DNA of 64,000 nucleotides. Source: Dehalococcoidia bacterium. Its GTDB lineage: Bacteria; Chloroflexota; Dehalococcoidia; Lucifugimonadales; UBA3495. The stretch's first letter is position 1; every line of letters starts with the position of its first letter. Of this stretch, positions 42,301-50,728 are shown piece by piece. A program made the translations under genes and the position numbers. The notes under the pieces are model-generated. The model was not told where the DNA came from, made no database searches, and saw only the letters and a list, made by a program, of their open reading frames with translations. Where the stretch lies: contig CBDBCU010000003.1 of NCBI GenBank assembly GCA_965203435.1, forward strand, positions 3,583 through 67,582, read 5' to 3'.

Positions 42301-42990
42301 ACGCTGGGTATAGGGGTCAAAGGGGCGCAGGGTATCCACTTCATCGCCCCACAATTCCAGCCGCCAGGGATATTCGCAATGCGGCGGAAAAACATCGATG
42401 ATGCCGCCGCGCTGACTGAAAGAGCCGGGAGTTTCCACCAGCGGCTCATGGCGGTAGCCCAAGTTAACCCAGGCGGCCAGGAGTTCCTCGATGCGGGCAA
42501 TGCGCTGCCCTACCCGCAGCCGGGTAAAGGAATCCGCCCCGGAATTGGCGCCGGCGCCGGCCAGAATCGCGGGCGGCAGGGTATAGCGCAGGGCGGCGGC
42601 GGCCGCGGCCACGACCAGCGGCGGCGGCCGGTTCGGATCCGGATCCGGATGGACGGCGGCGGCGGCCAGGGCCGACAAGGCGGTCAAGCGCTGGTTGACG
42701 GTGCGGGCATCCACGGCCAACCGCTCGAAGGGCAGCACTTCCGGCTCCGGCAGCAGATAGACCGGGGCGTCCTCGCCCAGGTAGGTCAGCAGTTGGTCGT
42801 GGAGTTGCCGGGAGTCCTCCGGGCGGGGGGTCAATACCAGCATAGGCCGGCGGCGTTCCCGCCACAGGGTTGCCAGATAGACCGGCCGCGCCCCCCGCCG
42901 GGCGGTGATGCGGCCCGGTTCAGCCTTGCCCGGCGCAAAAGCCCGGGGGATGGCGTCGGCAAAGGCGGAAAGGATACCGGACAAAGACAT
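39400..42990 (-). CDS. mfd: transcription-repair coupling factor
   Basis: Roughly 1200 aa. ICGDVGYGKTEVALRAAF, VVDEEQRFGV, TLSATPIPRTL, QLRGRVGR, plus an N-terminal UvrB-like region and a C-terminal TRCF domain. Start at ATG 42990. Confidence 0.9.
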   Translation of the reverse strand: MSLSGILSAFADAIPRAFAPGKAEPGRITARRGARPVYLATLWRERRRPMLVLTPRPEDSRQLHDQLLTYLGEDAPVYLLPEPEVLPFERLAVDARTVNQRLTALSALAAAAVHPDPDPNRPPPLVVAAAAAALRYTLPPAILAGAGANSGADSFTRLRVGQRIARIEELLAAWVNLGYRHEPLVETPGSFSQRGGIIDVFPPHCEYPWRLELWGDEVDTLRPFDPYTQRSMPAAPTEAAPMEAVILPAREQLPDLADRPVVARRIKEIDFAPCAAATKERIEDELTELFANPNPETLSLYNGLLNHSSLLDCLPADALLVLDRESQIATEAMDLEEKFSRMRESREQRGELPRNFPSPYLTWPQLSAGLQQCAERVFLESWIDSNADTLFQPAPTYFGQLEQLADSLKSQLRQGQSLVAVSQHTRRLEEILAESGLGAARAETLDHPPQPGHIHLIPGSLTEGWTAAVPPANGKAAAQTLTLLTDAELFGAVKERRYRPSRSRSALGDDIVLSELTPGSYVVHIDHGVARFAGVTQMGDDAKEYLVLEYADADKLYVPTDHLDRVGAYVGAQDQPPALTRLGTAEWARLKEKVKTSTRELAEELLKLYAARQSAEGHQFGGDTVWQQELEDSFPYQETPDQVQAIDEVKLDMERPRPMDRLICGDVGYGKTEVALRAAFKTVSEGMQVGLLVPTTVLAQQHYATFTERLGPFPMQVEVLSRFRTPKEQETILAALQDGAVDIVIGTHRLLQKDVQFKNLGLVVVDEEQRFGVSHKETLKQLRQEVDVLTLSATPIPRTLHMALSGLRDMSVMNTPPEARLPVKTFVSEYSEDTIREAILREIERGGQVFFLHNRVRTIARTAAQLAELVPEARFMIGHGQLAEADLEEVMVAFANGEADVLVCTTIIESGLDLPNVNTLILDRADRFGLSQLYQLRGRVGRGEHRAYAYLLLPAGRRITPAAEQRIQAILEAADLGSGFRIAMRDLEIRGAGNLLGAAQSGQIHAVGLDLYGQLLDETIAELQAERKEGGQAPAAFAPLVQELPRVELPVAASLPESYIAHTPTRLALYQRFAKMRERSALPDLREELRDRFGPLPPETENLLTLLDLRLLADAVGIESLLHTAAGVTLNLREEVGSAKIPLQRALGRDASVGNRQIKLARRALGDRLLPRLTSALERLGVFQERLRQLAAAAAD

Positions 42991-43090
42991 CGACGGGCGC
43001 GCTCCAACTTTTCTTAATCCGGGGGACGGACGGACTACCGGCGGCAATAGGGAAAAGGGCTAACGCCGGCGTTAGCCCCGAACAGCAATT

Positions 43091-43119
43091 ATTGTAGCCC
43101 CGAAACCCGGCGGGGGCAA
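43091..43119 (-). promoter_or_regulatory. candidate promoter for mfd
   Basis: Minus strand: TTGCCC, 17 nt, TACAAT. Shares GCTACAATAATT with the tRNA-Pro promoter candidate. Confidence 0.4.
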
Positions 43120-43168
43120 GGGGGATGGCGGCGGGTTTTTTGGGAATTGCGTATATCTGGCAAGCTAC

Positions 43169-43400
43169 TTACCGTCCTTCCCGCCCCTCTTTACCGTCAT
43201 TCCCGCGTAAGCGGGAATCCAGGGGAGTGATGAAACGGCATGGTTTCGGCGGCGGCATCATTCCCGCTTAAGCGGGAATCCAGGATGGCGTGGGGGACAA
43301 CGGGATTGTCTTTTCAGTACCGTTCTGGATTCCCGCTTACGCGGGAATGACGGTAAGGGATGGCGGGAAGGACGGTTAAGAGACGCGGGAATGACGGTTG
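43169..43400. repeat. cluster of family-B hairpin/MITE-like units
   Basis: TACCGTCATTCCCGCGTAAGCGGGAATCC, CATCATTCCCGCTTAAGCGGGAATCC, GGATTCCCGCTTACGCGGGAATGACGGTA and GGGAAGGACGGT half-units. Confidence 0.85.
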
Positions 43401-43522
43401 CGGGGCGGCGGGAATTAAAATTGCCCGGAAATAAGGCCGCCAAGTGGTTGACTTAACCCGCCCGGCCTTGTTACCCTATTCATCAGTCAAAGAGCCATAA
43501 CCTTATCCGAGAGGGTATAGCC

Positions 43523-44299
43523 ATGTCCCTACGCAACATAGTAATCGCCCTAGTCCTCTGTCTGGCAATGCACGCAATAGGGAGGGGGGGGGGGGCAACC
43601 GTGTCCCAGGCCGCCCGGGCCATCCCCTGGGACTGTTCCGACTGGCAAGCCTTTGTCCACGAGGATCGCCCTACCGCCATCCTGGAATCCTTGGCCGAAA
43701 ATCGCGGCAAGACCCTCTACTGCGGCGTCGATCAGTCCGACACCTTTAGCAAGGCGGAAACTTGGCAGGCCGGCAAAGACCGCAACGAGCGGGACGATAC
43801 TATCTATTCCGGGGAACGGGGCATTTTCCGCGGCTTTATCGCCGCGCAAGAGGGCTGGCTGACCGACGGGGAATCTGGCATTACCGGGGTCAGCATCGAC
43901 CGCATTTTTGAGTTTCCCCGGGAGAAAAAGAAACGCCGCCGCTATAAGACGGTGGTAACGGAGCGGCGGGAGGTCGCTGCCGACCCCGGCCGTTTGGCTT
44001 ACGGCCCTCTGGGGGTACAAGGCAACGGCAGCAGCCAGTCGGATGCGCGTTCCTTTGCCGAAACGGGCTATAACCAAGCTCCGCCCACTGTCGATTGGCC
44101 GGCCCTGGCCCTGGCCGCCGCCGTTGCCCATTGCCGTCCTCTGGGTTACAACCGTTTCCGGGCCGCGGCCACCGTTGCCGCCACCGAAAACTGGTACTAC
44201 AACGACATCTTGACCGGCCCCACGTTCTATAGTTCGAAAGCCGGCAAAACCCGCCAGTGGACGGCTACCTGCCTGAAAACGGAACGCCGCCGCCGCTGA
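43523..44299 (+). CDS. secreted hypothetical protein, paralogue B
   Basis: Signal-like N-terminus. AARAIPWDCSDWQAF...SIDRIFEFPREK is collinear with the ORF at 27788-28705. Same C-terminal W-T-A-T-C-x-K-T motif. Confidence 0.7.
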   Translation: MSLRNIVIALVLCLAMHAIGRGGGATVSQAARAIPWDCSDWQAFVHEDRPTAILESLAENRGKTLYCGVDQSDTFSKAETWQAGKDRNERDDTIYSGERGIFRGFIAAQEGWLTDGESGITGVSIDRIFEFPREKKKRRRYKTVVTERREVAADPGRLAYGPLGVQGNGSSQSDARSFAETGYNQAPPTVDWPALALAAAVAHCRPLGYNRFRAAATVAATENWYYNDILTGPTFYSSKAGKTRQWTATCLKTERRRR

Positions 44300-44323
44300 C
44301 CCGGCCGGTCAACCCCGGCCTAG

Positions 44324-44357
44324 TCCGCTCCCCCGGAACAAGTTCCGGGGGAGCGGA
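44324..44357. repeat. perfect 16-bp palindrome of REP-A type (possible terminator)
   Basis: TCCGCTCCCCCGGAAC-AA-GTTCCGGGGGAGCGGA, 25 nt after the stop at 44299. Confidence 0.8.
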
Positions 44358-44511
44358 TTATTGCCGCCGGTCAGGGCAAGGGCGATAGGGGGGAAAGACG
44401 ATTTCCTTAGGCCCCGGCCCGGCGGCCGGTTTCGGGTCGACGGGCGCAAGCAAGGGAGGGGGCCGCTGTGCTATAATGCCGGTTATTCCGGCCCCGGCCC
44501 TTGCTTTGCTT

Positions 44512-44593
44512 GCAGCTTATTCATCCTTCAACAAGTTCAGGATGAGCGGAATTAAACCGACTCAGGATGAGCGGAAAGTTCAGGATGAGCGGA
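44512..44593. repeat. REP-A units in tandem
   Basis: TTATTCATCCTTCAACAAGTTCAGGATGAGCGGAA, then two further TCAGGATGAGCGGA units. Confidence 0.85.
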
Positions 44594-44621
44594 CTGCAAC
44601 TAGTTGGGGATGAGTTGCTTT

Positions 44622-45818
44622 ATGTCCAGCGTTGCCCGTCAAACCGGCCCCAATGCCCACCCCGGCGCGGCGGCCGGGGATATTCCCCATTACCGGCGGA
44701 TGGTGGTCAAGGCCGGCACGGGAGTATTGACCGCCGGCGATGGCAGCGGCGGGCTGGATCTGGCGGTGATGGCCGACCTGGTGCGGCAGATTTGCCGGCT
44801 GCAACAGGAATCGGGAATCGAGGTACTGCTGGTAACTTCCGGGGCCATCGCCGCCGGCCGCCAGGAACTGAGCCGCGGCAACCGGGCTTTGAGCGAGCGG
44901 GATATTCCCTCCCGGCAAGCCCTGGCCGCCATTGGCCAAGGGCGGCTGATGCACACCTACGAGCGGCTCTTTGCCAGCTGCGGCGTCCAAGTGGCCCAAG
45001 CCCTGCTGACCATCAACGACCTGGCCGACCGCCAATCCTATCTGAATGTCCGCAACACCCTGCTGGCCCTGCTGGATTTGGGCGTTACGCCCATCCTGAA
45101 CGAAAATGATGTGGTGGCGGTGGACGAAATCGGCGAGGTTTTCGGGGATAATGACCGCCTGTCGGCTCTGGTCGCGAACCTGATTGACGCCGATTTGCTG
45201 ATTGTGCTGACCGACACCGCGGGGCTTTATACCGCCGACCCCCGCCATAATCCGGCGGCGGCACTGATTCCGGTGGTGGAACAGATCGATGATACGATTG
45301 TGGCGGCGGCCGGGCAGCATCGCAATCCCTGGGCGCGGGGGGGGATGCCCACGAAAATCGAGGCGGCCCGGCTGGTTACGGCGGCGGGCATTCCTATGGT
45401 ATTGTGCAATGGACGGGCCGCGGGGGCTATTTTGCAGGCGGCCGCCGGGCAGCCCATCGGCACCGCTTTTCGGGCGGCCGGGGGAAAGCTGGAGGCCCGC
45501 AAGCGGTGGATGCTGAGCCGGGTGCGGGATTCCCAGTGGGGCGCCCTGGTGGTGGACGGCGGGGCCGCCGATGTATTGCTGAATCGTCATGTCAGCCTGC
45601 TGCCGCGCGGCGTTAGGGAAGTGCAGGGCAGCTTTGCCCGGGGGGACATCATCTATATTGGGGATGAAACCGGCCGCCGCATTGCCTGCGGCATTGCCAA
45701 CTATACGGCGGCGGACATATCCCGCATCCGGGGCTGCCATTCCGATGCCATCCCGGACATTCTGGGCTACCACTACGGGCAGGAAGTGGTGCATCGGAAT
45801 AATTTGGTGCTGCTGTAG
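44622..45818 (+). CDS. proB: glutamate 5-kinase (with PUA domain)
   Basis: VVKAGTGVLT, LVTSGAIAAG, PILNENDVVAVDEI..FGDNDRLSALVA. C-terminal PUA-like GDIIYI.DE.GR.IA.G..NY. Confidence 0.9.
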   Translation: MSSVARQTGPNAHPGAAAGDIPHYRRMVVKAGTGVLTAGDGSGGLDLAVMADLVRQICRLQQESGIEVLLVTSGAIAAGRQELSRGNRALSERDIPSRQALAAIGQGRLMHTYERLFASCGVQVAQALLTINDLADRQSYLNVRNTLLALLDLGVTPILNENDVVAVDEIGEVFGDNDRLSALVANLIDADLLIVLTDTAGLYTADPRHNPAAALIPVVEQIDDTIVAAAGQHRNPWARGGMPTKIEAARLVTAAGIPMVLCNGRAAGAILQAAAGQPIGTAFRAAGGKLEARKRWMLSRVRDSQWGALVVDGGAADVLLNRHVSLLPRGVREVQGSFARGDIIYIGDETGRRIACGIANYTAADISRIRGCHSDAIPDILGYHYGQEVVHRNNLVLL

Positions 45819-45853
45819 GGGTTGTTCGGTAGGGGGATATTCCCTCCGCTCGC

Positions 45854-46080
45854 AACCGTCCTTCCCGCCGGTCAAAGACCGTCATTCCCGCGTAAGCGGG
45901 AATCCGGCGGCGGTTGGCGGGCAATGGGCGGGTCTTTTCAGTACCGTTCGGGATTCCCGCTTGCGCGGGAATGACGGTAGGGGGGCGGGAAGGACGATTT
46001 TTGACCGTCGGGAAGGACGGTTGCGGATGGCGGGGGTTCCCGCTTACGCGGGAATGACGGTAGAGCGCGGGAAGGACGGT
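45854..46080. repeat. cluster of family-B hairpin/MITE-like units between proB and proA
   Basis: ACCGTCATTCCCGCGTAAGCGGGAATCC...GGGATTCCCGCTTGCGCGGGAATGACGGTA, a further hairpin, and GGGAAGGACGGT motifs. Confidence 0.85.
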
Positions 46081-46135
46081 TTTGTTGACAACCCGGGAAT
46101 TCACGGTTCAGCAGGAAAGGAGCGGCGTTTCAGTT

Positions 46136-47419
46136 ATGGCTACCATTACCACCGATGCGGCGGCGCTGCGGGAACAGGGACAGACGGCGCAGGGGGCGGC
46201 CCGGCAGTTGGCCCGGCAGACCACCGCCTTGAAAAATCAGGCGTTGCTGAACATAGCCGCCGCCCTGGAACAGGAGCAGGAGCCGATCCTGGCGGCCAAC
46301 GCCGCCGACTATCGGGCGGCGCAGGCCGACGGGATGAACGACGCTATGCTTGACCGCCTGCGGCTGACCCCGGAACGGCTGCGGGAGATGGCGGCGGAGG
46401 TCCGCGGCATCGCCGCCCTGCCCGATCCGGTGGGGGAAGTCATCGAGGCTCGGACGCTGGACAACGGGTTGCGCGTGGAAAGGCGGCGGGTGCCTTTGGG
46501 CGTCATCGCCAGCATCTACGAAAGCCGGCCCAATGTGACGGTGGACATCGCCGCCCTGGCCCTGAAATCGGGCAATGCCTGTATCCTGCGCGGCGGCAAG
46601 GAAAGCCTGGAATCCAACACCGCCCTGGTCAAACTGCTGCGACGGGCGATCGATGCGGCCGGCCTTTCCCCGGACAATGTGCAGTTCGTGGACAATCCGG
46701 ATCGGGAATTGGTGGACACCCTGCTGGGGATGAAAGATTGTATCAATCTGCTGGTGCCGCGCGGCGGGCCGGAATTGATTAAGTTCATCGCCGAAAGGGC
46801 GGCGATGCCGGTGGTGACCGGCGGCGTGGGGGTCTGCCATGCTTATGTGGATCAGGCGGCCGATTATGGCAAGGCGGCCAACATCATTATCAACGCCAAG
46901 ACGCAGCGGCCGACGGTGTGCAACGCCTTGGATACGGCCCTGCTGCACGCCGCCGCCGCGCCGGGCTGCCTGCCAGCCCTGGCCCGGGAATTGGCGGCGG
47001 CCGGGGTGGAACTGCGCTGCGACCACCGGGCCTTGAGCATCCTGGGGCCGGAAAGCGGCTTGAACGCCACGGCGGCGACCGCGGCGGATTGGGGGCAGGA
47101 GTTTCTATCCCTGACCGCCGCCATTAAGATTGTGGATTCCCTGGAGGAGGCCCTGGAGCATATTGAAACCTATGGCTCCGGCCATACCGAAGCCATCATT
47201 ACCGAGGATGCGGCGGCGGCGGAGCGGTTTCTCAACGAGGTGGATGCGGCGGCGGTTATCGTCAACGCCAGCACCCGGTTCACCGACGGGGCGCAGCTGG
47301 GCTTGGGGGCCGAAGTGGGCATCAGCACCCAGAAGTTTCACGCCCGGGGGCCGCTGGGCCTGCGGGAACTGACTTCCTACAAGTGGGTTATCATCGGGAA
47401 CGGACAGGTTCGGGAGTAG
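46136..47419 (+). CDS. proA: gamma-glutamyl phosphate reductase
   Basis: PLGVIASIYESRPNVTVD, GNACILRGGKES, VCNALDT.L.H, GSGHTEAIIT, NASTRFTDG. Confidence 0.9.
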   Translation: MATITTDAAALREQGQTAQGAARQLARQTTALKNQALLNIAAALEQEQEPILAANAADYRAAQADGMNDAMLDRLRLTPERLREMAAEVRGIAALPDPVGEVIEARTLDNGLRVERRRVPLGVIASIYESRPNVTVDIAALALKSGNACILRGGKESLESNTALVKLLRRAIDAAGLSPDNVQFVDNPDRELVDTLLGMKDCINLLVPRGGPELIKFIAERAAMPVVTGGVGVCHAYVDQAADYGKAANIIINAKTQRPTVCNALDTALLHAAAAPGCLPALARELAAAGVELRCDHRALSILGPESGLNATAATAADWGQEFLSLTAAIKIVDSLEEALEHIETYGSGHTEAIITEDAAAAERFLNEVDAAAVIVNASTRFTDGAQLGLGAEVGISTQKFHARGPLGLRELTSYKWVIIGNGQVRE

Positions 47420-47443
47420 CCGCAAAGCGGAAGGAGCAGAGCA

Positions 47444-47752
47444 ATGGCCGACTATGACTTGGAACGGATCATCCGCACCGGCGGCTCCGAGGCTTACGAT
47501 GTAATGCAGGACGAGCAGCGGGTCGGGCGGCTGGACCTGCATTTTACCCGGGAGACGACCCAGGCCCTGCTGATTGTGGCGGAAAGCCTGACCGAGGAGG
47601 ATTTGCGGGAGCTGATGGGCCTGATTGACCGCTCCCTGATGGATGCGGCCGGAGTGCCGCAGGAGGATATGGTCGTCCATGTTTTCCAGGGGCGGCCCAT
47701 CGGGATTTTCAGCGACGGGGGCGAGTTCGGGGAAAACGGCAGCGGGGGGTAA
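47444..47752 (+). CDS. hypothetical protein (102 aa)
   Basis: ATG behind GGAAGGAG, 24 nt after the proA stop. Acidic, no motif recognised. Confidence 0.5.
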   Translation: MADYDLERIIRTGGSEAYDVMQDEQRVGRLDLHFTRETTQALLIVAESLTEEDLRELMGLIDRSLMDAAGVPQEDMVVHVFQGRPIGIFSDGGEFGENGSGG

Positions 47753-47872
47753 ATTGACATGGATGGGCAGGATAGACCGGATTTGGTGGCTTACGGGAGT
47801 GCCTTTCTTGCCTATTCTGACCTATTCCCCGGATAGGCGGGGACTTAACCGCCGCCGGCTATGACCGCCCTT

Positions 47873-48709
47873 TCAGCGACCGTTTTGGTCGAGCAACGAC
47901 TCCAGACCCTCGGGAGTCAATCCCGTTTCGCGCAGGATTCTACTCAAGCAAGCCTTGGCATTATTCTCAACGTTGGCCGTGCCAAAAGGCGGGTGTTCTT
48001 TGCCCTGGAGACTCATCAGCGCTTTGTGGATGTTGACCCAACTCTGGCGATTCTCCGAGCGAATAGCTCGCACTACTGCGAAGGGATCCGAACCGGAGAT
48101 CGTCGCAGTAATAGCAGCCGCAGACCGCCGTTTCATAACCAGGAGCGGCTGGTCACCCAAAATGGCGTGCAAATCCCGACCGGGGTTCTGAACGAAATCC
48201 GGGGGCTGACAGACCGGATTATCTCGGAAATAGAGTTCCCAGGACGCTTGCCGTATGGCGTTCTGCAAATCCTCGTGGGGATGCTGATCCTCCGTCAGCA
48301 GACCGGCCCAATACGGCATATAGCAGAAATTCCAGCCGGCAGTGAACGCGTCCGGGTGCCAAGAATGGCCCCAGATATGGCGCAAGCCGTAGCCGGAACC
48401 ACGGGCAAGAAAACCGGTGTAGCCCGCCCAAGCCATCTGCGCCCGACTGTTATGGTCCAAGATTACCTTCCGACCATCGGCGGGCCACACAGTCACGGCC
48501 CCGCGGTCAAGGCCGGGGTGGTGTTCGCGGCTAACCCGGGCCCGGTCTGGGTAATAAGGGGTTTGCGCCCGCACCGCAGCAGGGTGAACAAAATAGGAAT
48601 GGGCAAAGGCAGCCCGGATGATGGAAGTTCCACCGTCACGGAAATAGGTTTCCAGAGATTCCAGCGGCGGAACAACCTGATACGCATGGACGAGGCGTAT
48701 GTTGAGCAT
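47873..48709 (-). CDS. hypothetical protein (278 aa) in a lower-G+C patch
   Basis: Long ORF. His/Trp-rich central string GLRHIWGHSWHPDAFTAGWNFCYMPYWAG. No family recognised. Confidence 0.55.
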   Translation of the reverse strand: MLNIRLVHAYQVVPPLESLETYFRDGGTSIIRAAFAHSYFVHPAAVRAQTPYYPDRARVSREHHPGLDRGAVTVWPADGRKVILDHNSRAQMAWAGYTGFLARGSGYGLRHIWGHSWHPDAFTAGWNFCYMPYWAGLLTEDQHPHEDLQNAIRQASWELYFRDNPVCQPPDFVQNPGRDLHAILGDQPLLVMKRRSAAAITATISGSDPFAVVRAIRSENRQSWVNIHKALMSLQGKEHPPFGTANVENNAKACLSRILRETGLTPEGLESLLDQNGR

Positions 48710-48782
48710 TATCCCTCCGGGCAAGATTTTTGGAGGAACATCCTTACGGTATCCCTCCCGATGAAACCGACGCGATTACCCC

Positions 48783-49727
48783 CTACTTCCGCCGCACCGC
48801 CCTTACCGCCGCGTCCCGGAGGTTTTCTGGGGTCAGGCCGTTGCGGGCCATTAGTTCCTCGGGTTTGCCGGAGGGGCTGTATTCGTGCAGGGCTACCATT
48901 TCCAAGGGGACGGGGCAATGCTGGCCGGCAATTTGGGCGATGATGCTGCCGAGGCCGCCGTGGATGTAGTGTTCCTCGGCGGTGACGATGGCCCCGGTTT
49001 CCCGGGCGGCGGCGATGACGGCAGCTTGGTCGATGGGCTTGAGGGTGGGGATGTTGAGAACCCGGGCCTGAATCCCCTGGTCGGCCAGCAGATCGGCGGC
49101 GTCCAGGGCGGCGGCGACCATCAGGCCGGTGGCAATAAGGGTCAAATCCGACCCCTCGCGCATCCTTTCCGCTTGGCCGAGGTTAAAGCGGTAGTCAGGG
49201 GAATGGACGACCGGCACGGCGGCCCGGGACAGGCGGATATAAACCGGGCCGTCAATAGCGGCCGCCGCTTGCACCGCTTGGGCCGTCTCCACCGCATCGG
49301 AGGGGCAAATAACGGTAAAGGTGGGCAGGGCGCAAATCAGGGACAAATCCTCGATGCCGTGGGCCGACATCCCATCCTCGCCGGTCATAATGCCGGCGTG
49401 GGTGCAGACCAGCTTGAAGTTCAGGGCGGGCTGGGCGACCAGGACGCGCAGCTGGTCAAAGGGGCGGCCGACGCCAAAGACGCTGAAAGTGCTGACAAAG
49501 GGCAGCTTGCCGCTGGCGGCCAGGCCGGCGCCGACGGCCACCATATTCTGCTCGGCGGGGCCGAAGTCAAAGAAGCGCTGGGGGTACTGATCCCGCCAGA
49601 GGTGGGTAAAGGTGGACACATTCAGGTCGCCGCCCAGGACGACCAGGTCGGGATGGGCGTCGGCCATGGTAAGCAGGGTTTCGCCGTAGGTTTGCCGGAG
49701 GGATGCCAAGGGTCGCTGCGCCGCCAT
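48783..49727 (-). CDS. transketolase, C-terminal (pyrimidine-binding) subunit
   Basis: YGETLL....P.LVVLGGDL..ST, FDFGPAEQNMV, THAGI.TGEDG.SH. Immediately follows the N-terminal subunit gene. Confidence 0.9.
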   Translation of the reverse strand: MAAQRPLASLRQTYGETLLTMADAHPDLVVLGGDLNVSTFTHLWRDQYPQRFFDFGPAEQNMVAVGAGLAASGKLPFVSTFSVFGVGRPFDQLRVLVAQPALNFKLVCTHAGIMTGEDGMSAHGIEDLSLICALPTFTVICPSDAVETAQAVQAAAAIDGPVYIRLSRAAVPVVHSPDYRFNLGQAERMREGSDLTLIATGLMVAAALDAADLLADQGIQARVLNIPTLKPIDQAAVIAAARETGAIVTAEEHYIHGGLGSIIAQIAGQHCPVPLEMVALHEYSPSGKPEELMARNGLTPENLRDAAVRAVRRK

Positions 49728-50572
49728 CAGGCCAACTCCTTCATCGCTTGCGCCAACTCTTGCGCGTTGGGGGTGCGGCTGTGGAAAGCCGGGTTGTCCT
49801 CCATAAAACTGACGCCCTTGCCCTTGACGGTGTGGGCAATGATGACCGCCGGCTGCTCGCTGGGCTGGCCGGCGGTGTCCAGGGCGGTCAGCAGGGCGTC
49901 GAAGTCGTGGCCGTCAATCTGAATAACCCGCCAGCCGAATTCCCGCCACTTGCCGGCAAAGGGTTCCAGGACGATTACCTCGTCGGTAAAGCGGTCGTTC
50001 TGGATCCGATTGCGGTCGACGATGGCGATAAGATTGCCGGCTTTATGGTGGGCGGCGGCCATCGCCGCCTCCCAGATTTCGCCCTCGTCGCATTCGCCGT
50101 CGCCCAGCAGGGCATAGACCTTGTAATCCCGGCCGTCCAGCCGGGCGGCCAGCGCGCAGCCCAGGGCAAAGGAAAGGCCCATCCCCAGGGAGCCGGAGTT
50201 CATTTCCACGCCGGGGGTCATGGGATGGGCGTGGCCCTGGATGCGGCCCTCCAGCCGGCGGAAAGTCGCCAGTTCCTCATGAGGAAAGTAGCCGGCTTTG
50301 GCCAGCACGGCGTAAAAGCCCGGGGAGGCGTGGCCCTTGCTGAGGATGAACCGATCCCGGTCGGGCCACTGGGGATGTTGGGGATTGTGGCGCAGAACCC
50401 GGAAGTAGAGGGCCATCAGGATTTCCAGTTCGGAGAGGGAGCCGCCGGGATGGCCGCTGCCGGCGGTACAAATGGTGTTCAGGATGTCCCGGCGCAGTTC
50501 TTTAGCCAGGGCCGGCAAGTCGGCAAAGCCGCTGTAATCCCGCCGCTGGACGGGGGCGTCAGTTACAGGCAT
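49727..50572 (-). CDS. transketolase, N-terminal (TPP-binding) subunit
   Basis: GSGHPGGSLS, DRFILSKGHA, LLGDGECDEGEIWEAAM.A.H. Confidence 0.9.
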   Translation of the reverse strand: MPVTDAPVQRRDYSGFADLPALAKELRRDILNTICTAGSGHPGGSLSELEILMALYFRVLRHNPQHPQWPDRDRFILSKGHASPGFYAVLAKAGYFPHEELATFRRLEGRIQGHAHPMTPGVEMNSGSLGMGLSFALGCALAARLDGRDYKVYALLGDGECDEGEIWEAAMAAAHHKAGNLIAIVDRNRIQNDRFTDEVIVLEPFAGKWREFGWRVIQIDGHDFDALLTALDTAGQPSEQPAVIIAHTVKGKGVSFMEDNPAFHSRTPNAQELAQAMKELA

Positions 50573-50728
50573 AAGGATGTGTCCTTTGTGATTGATAGCA
50601 GGCCGGTTTTTGGGGATGGGATTTGTTGGGGGAGATTATAATTGTCCCGGCAAGGTCTTGGCAATGCGGTTATACTGCTACTTGGGACAATTGCCTTTGA
50701 TCCGGGATTTTGCGCCGCCAGATGCCAG

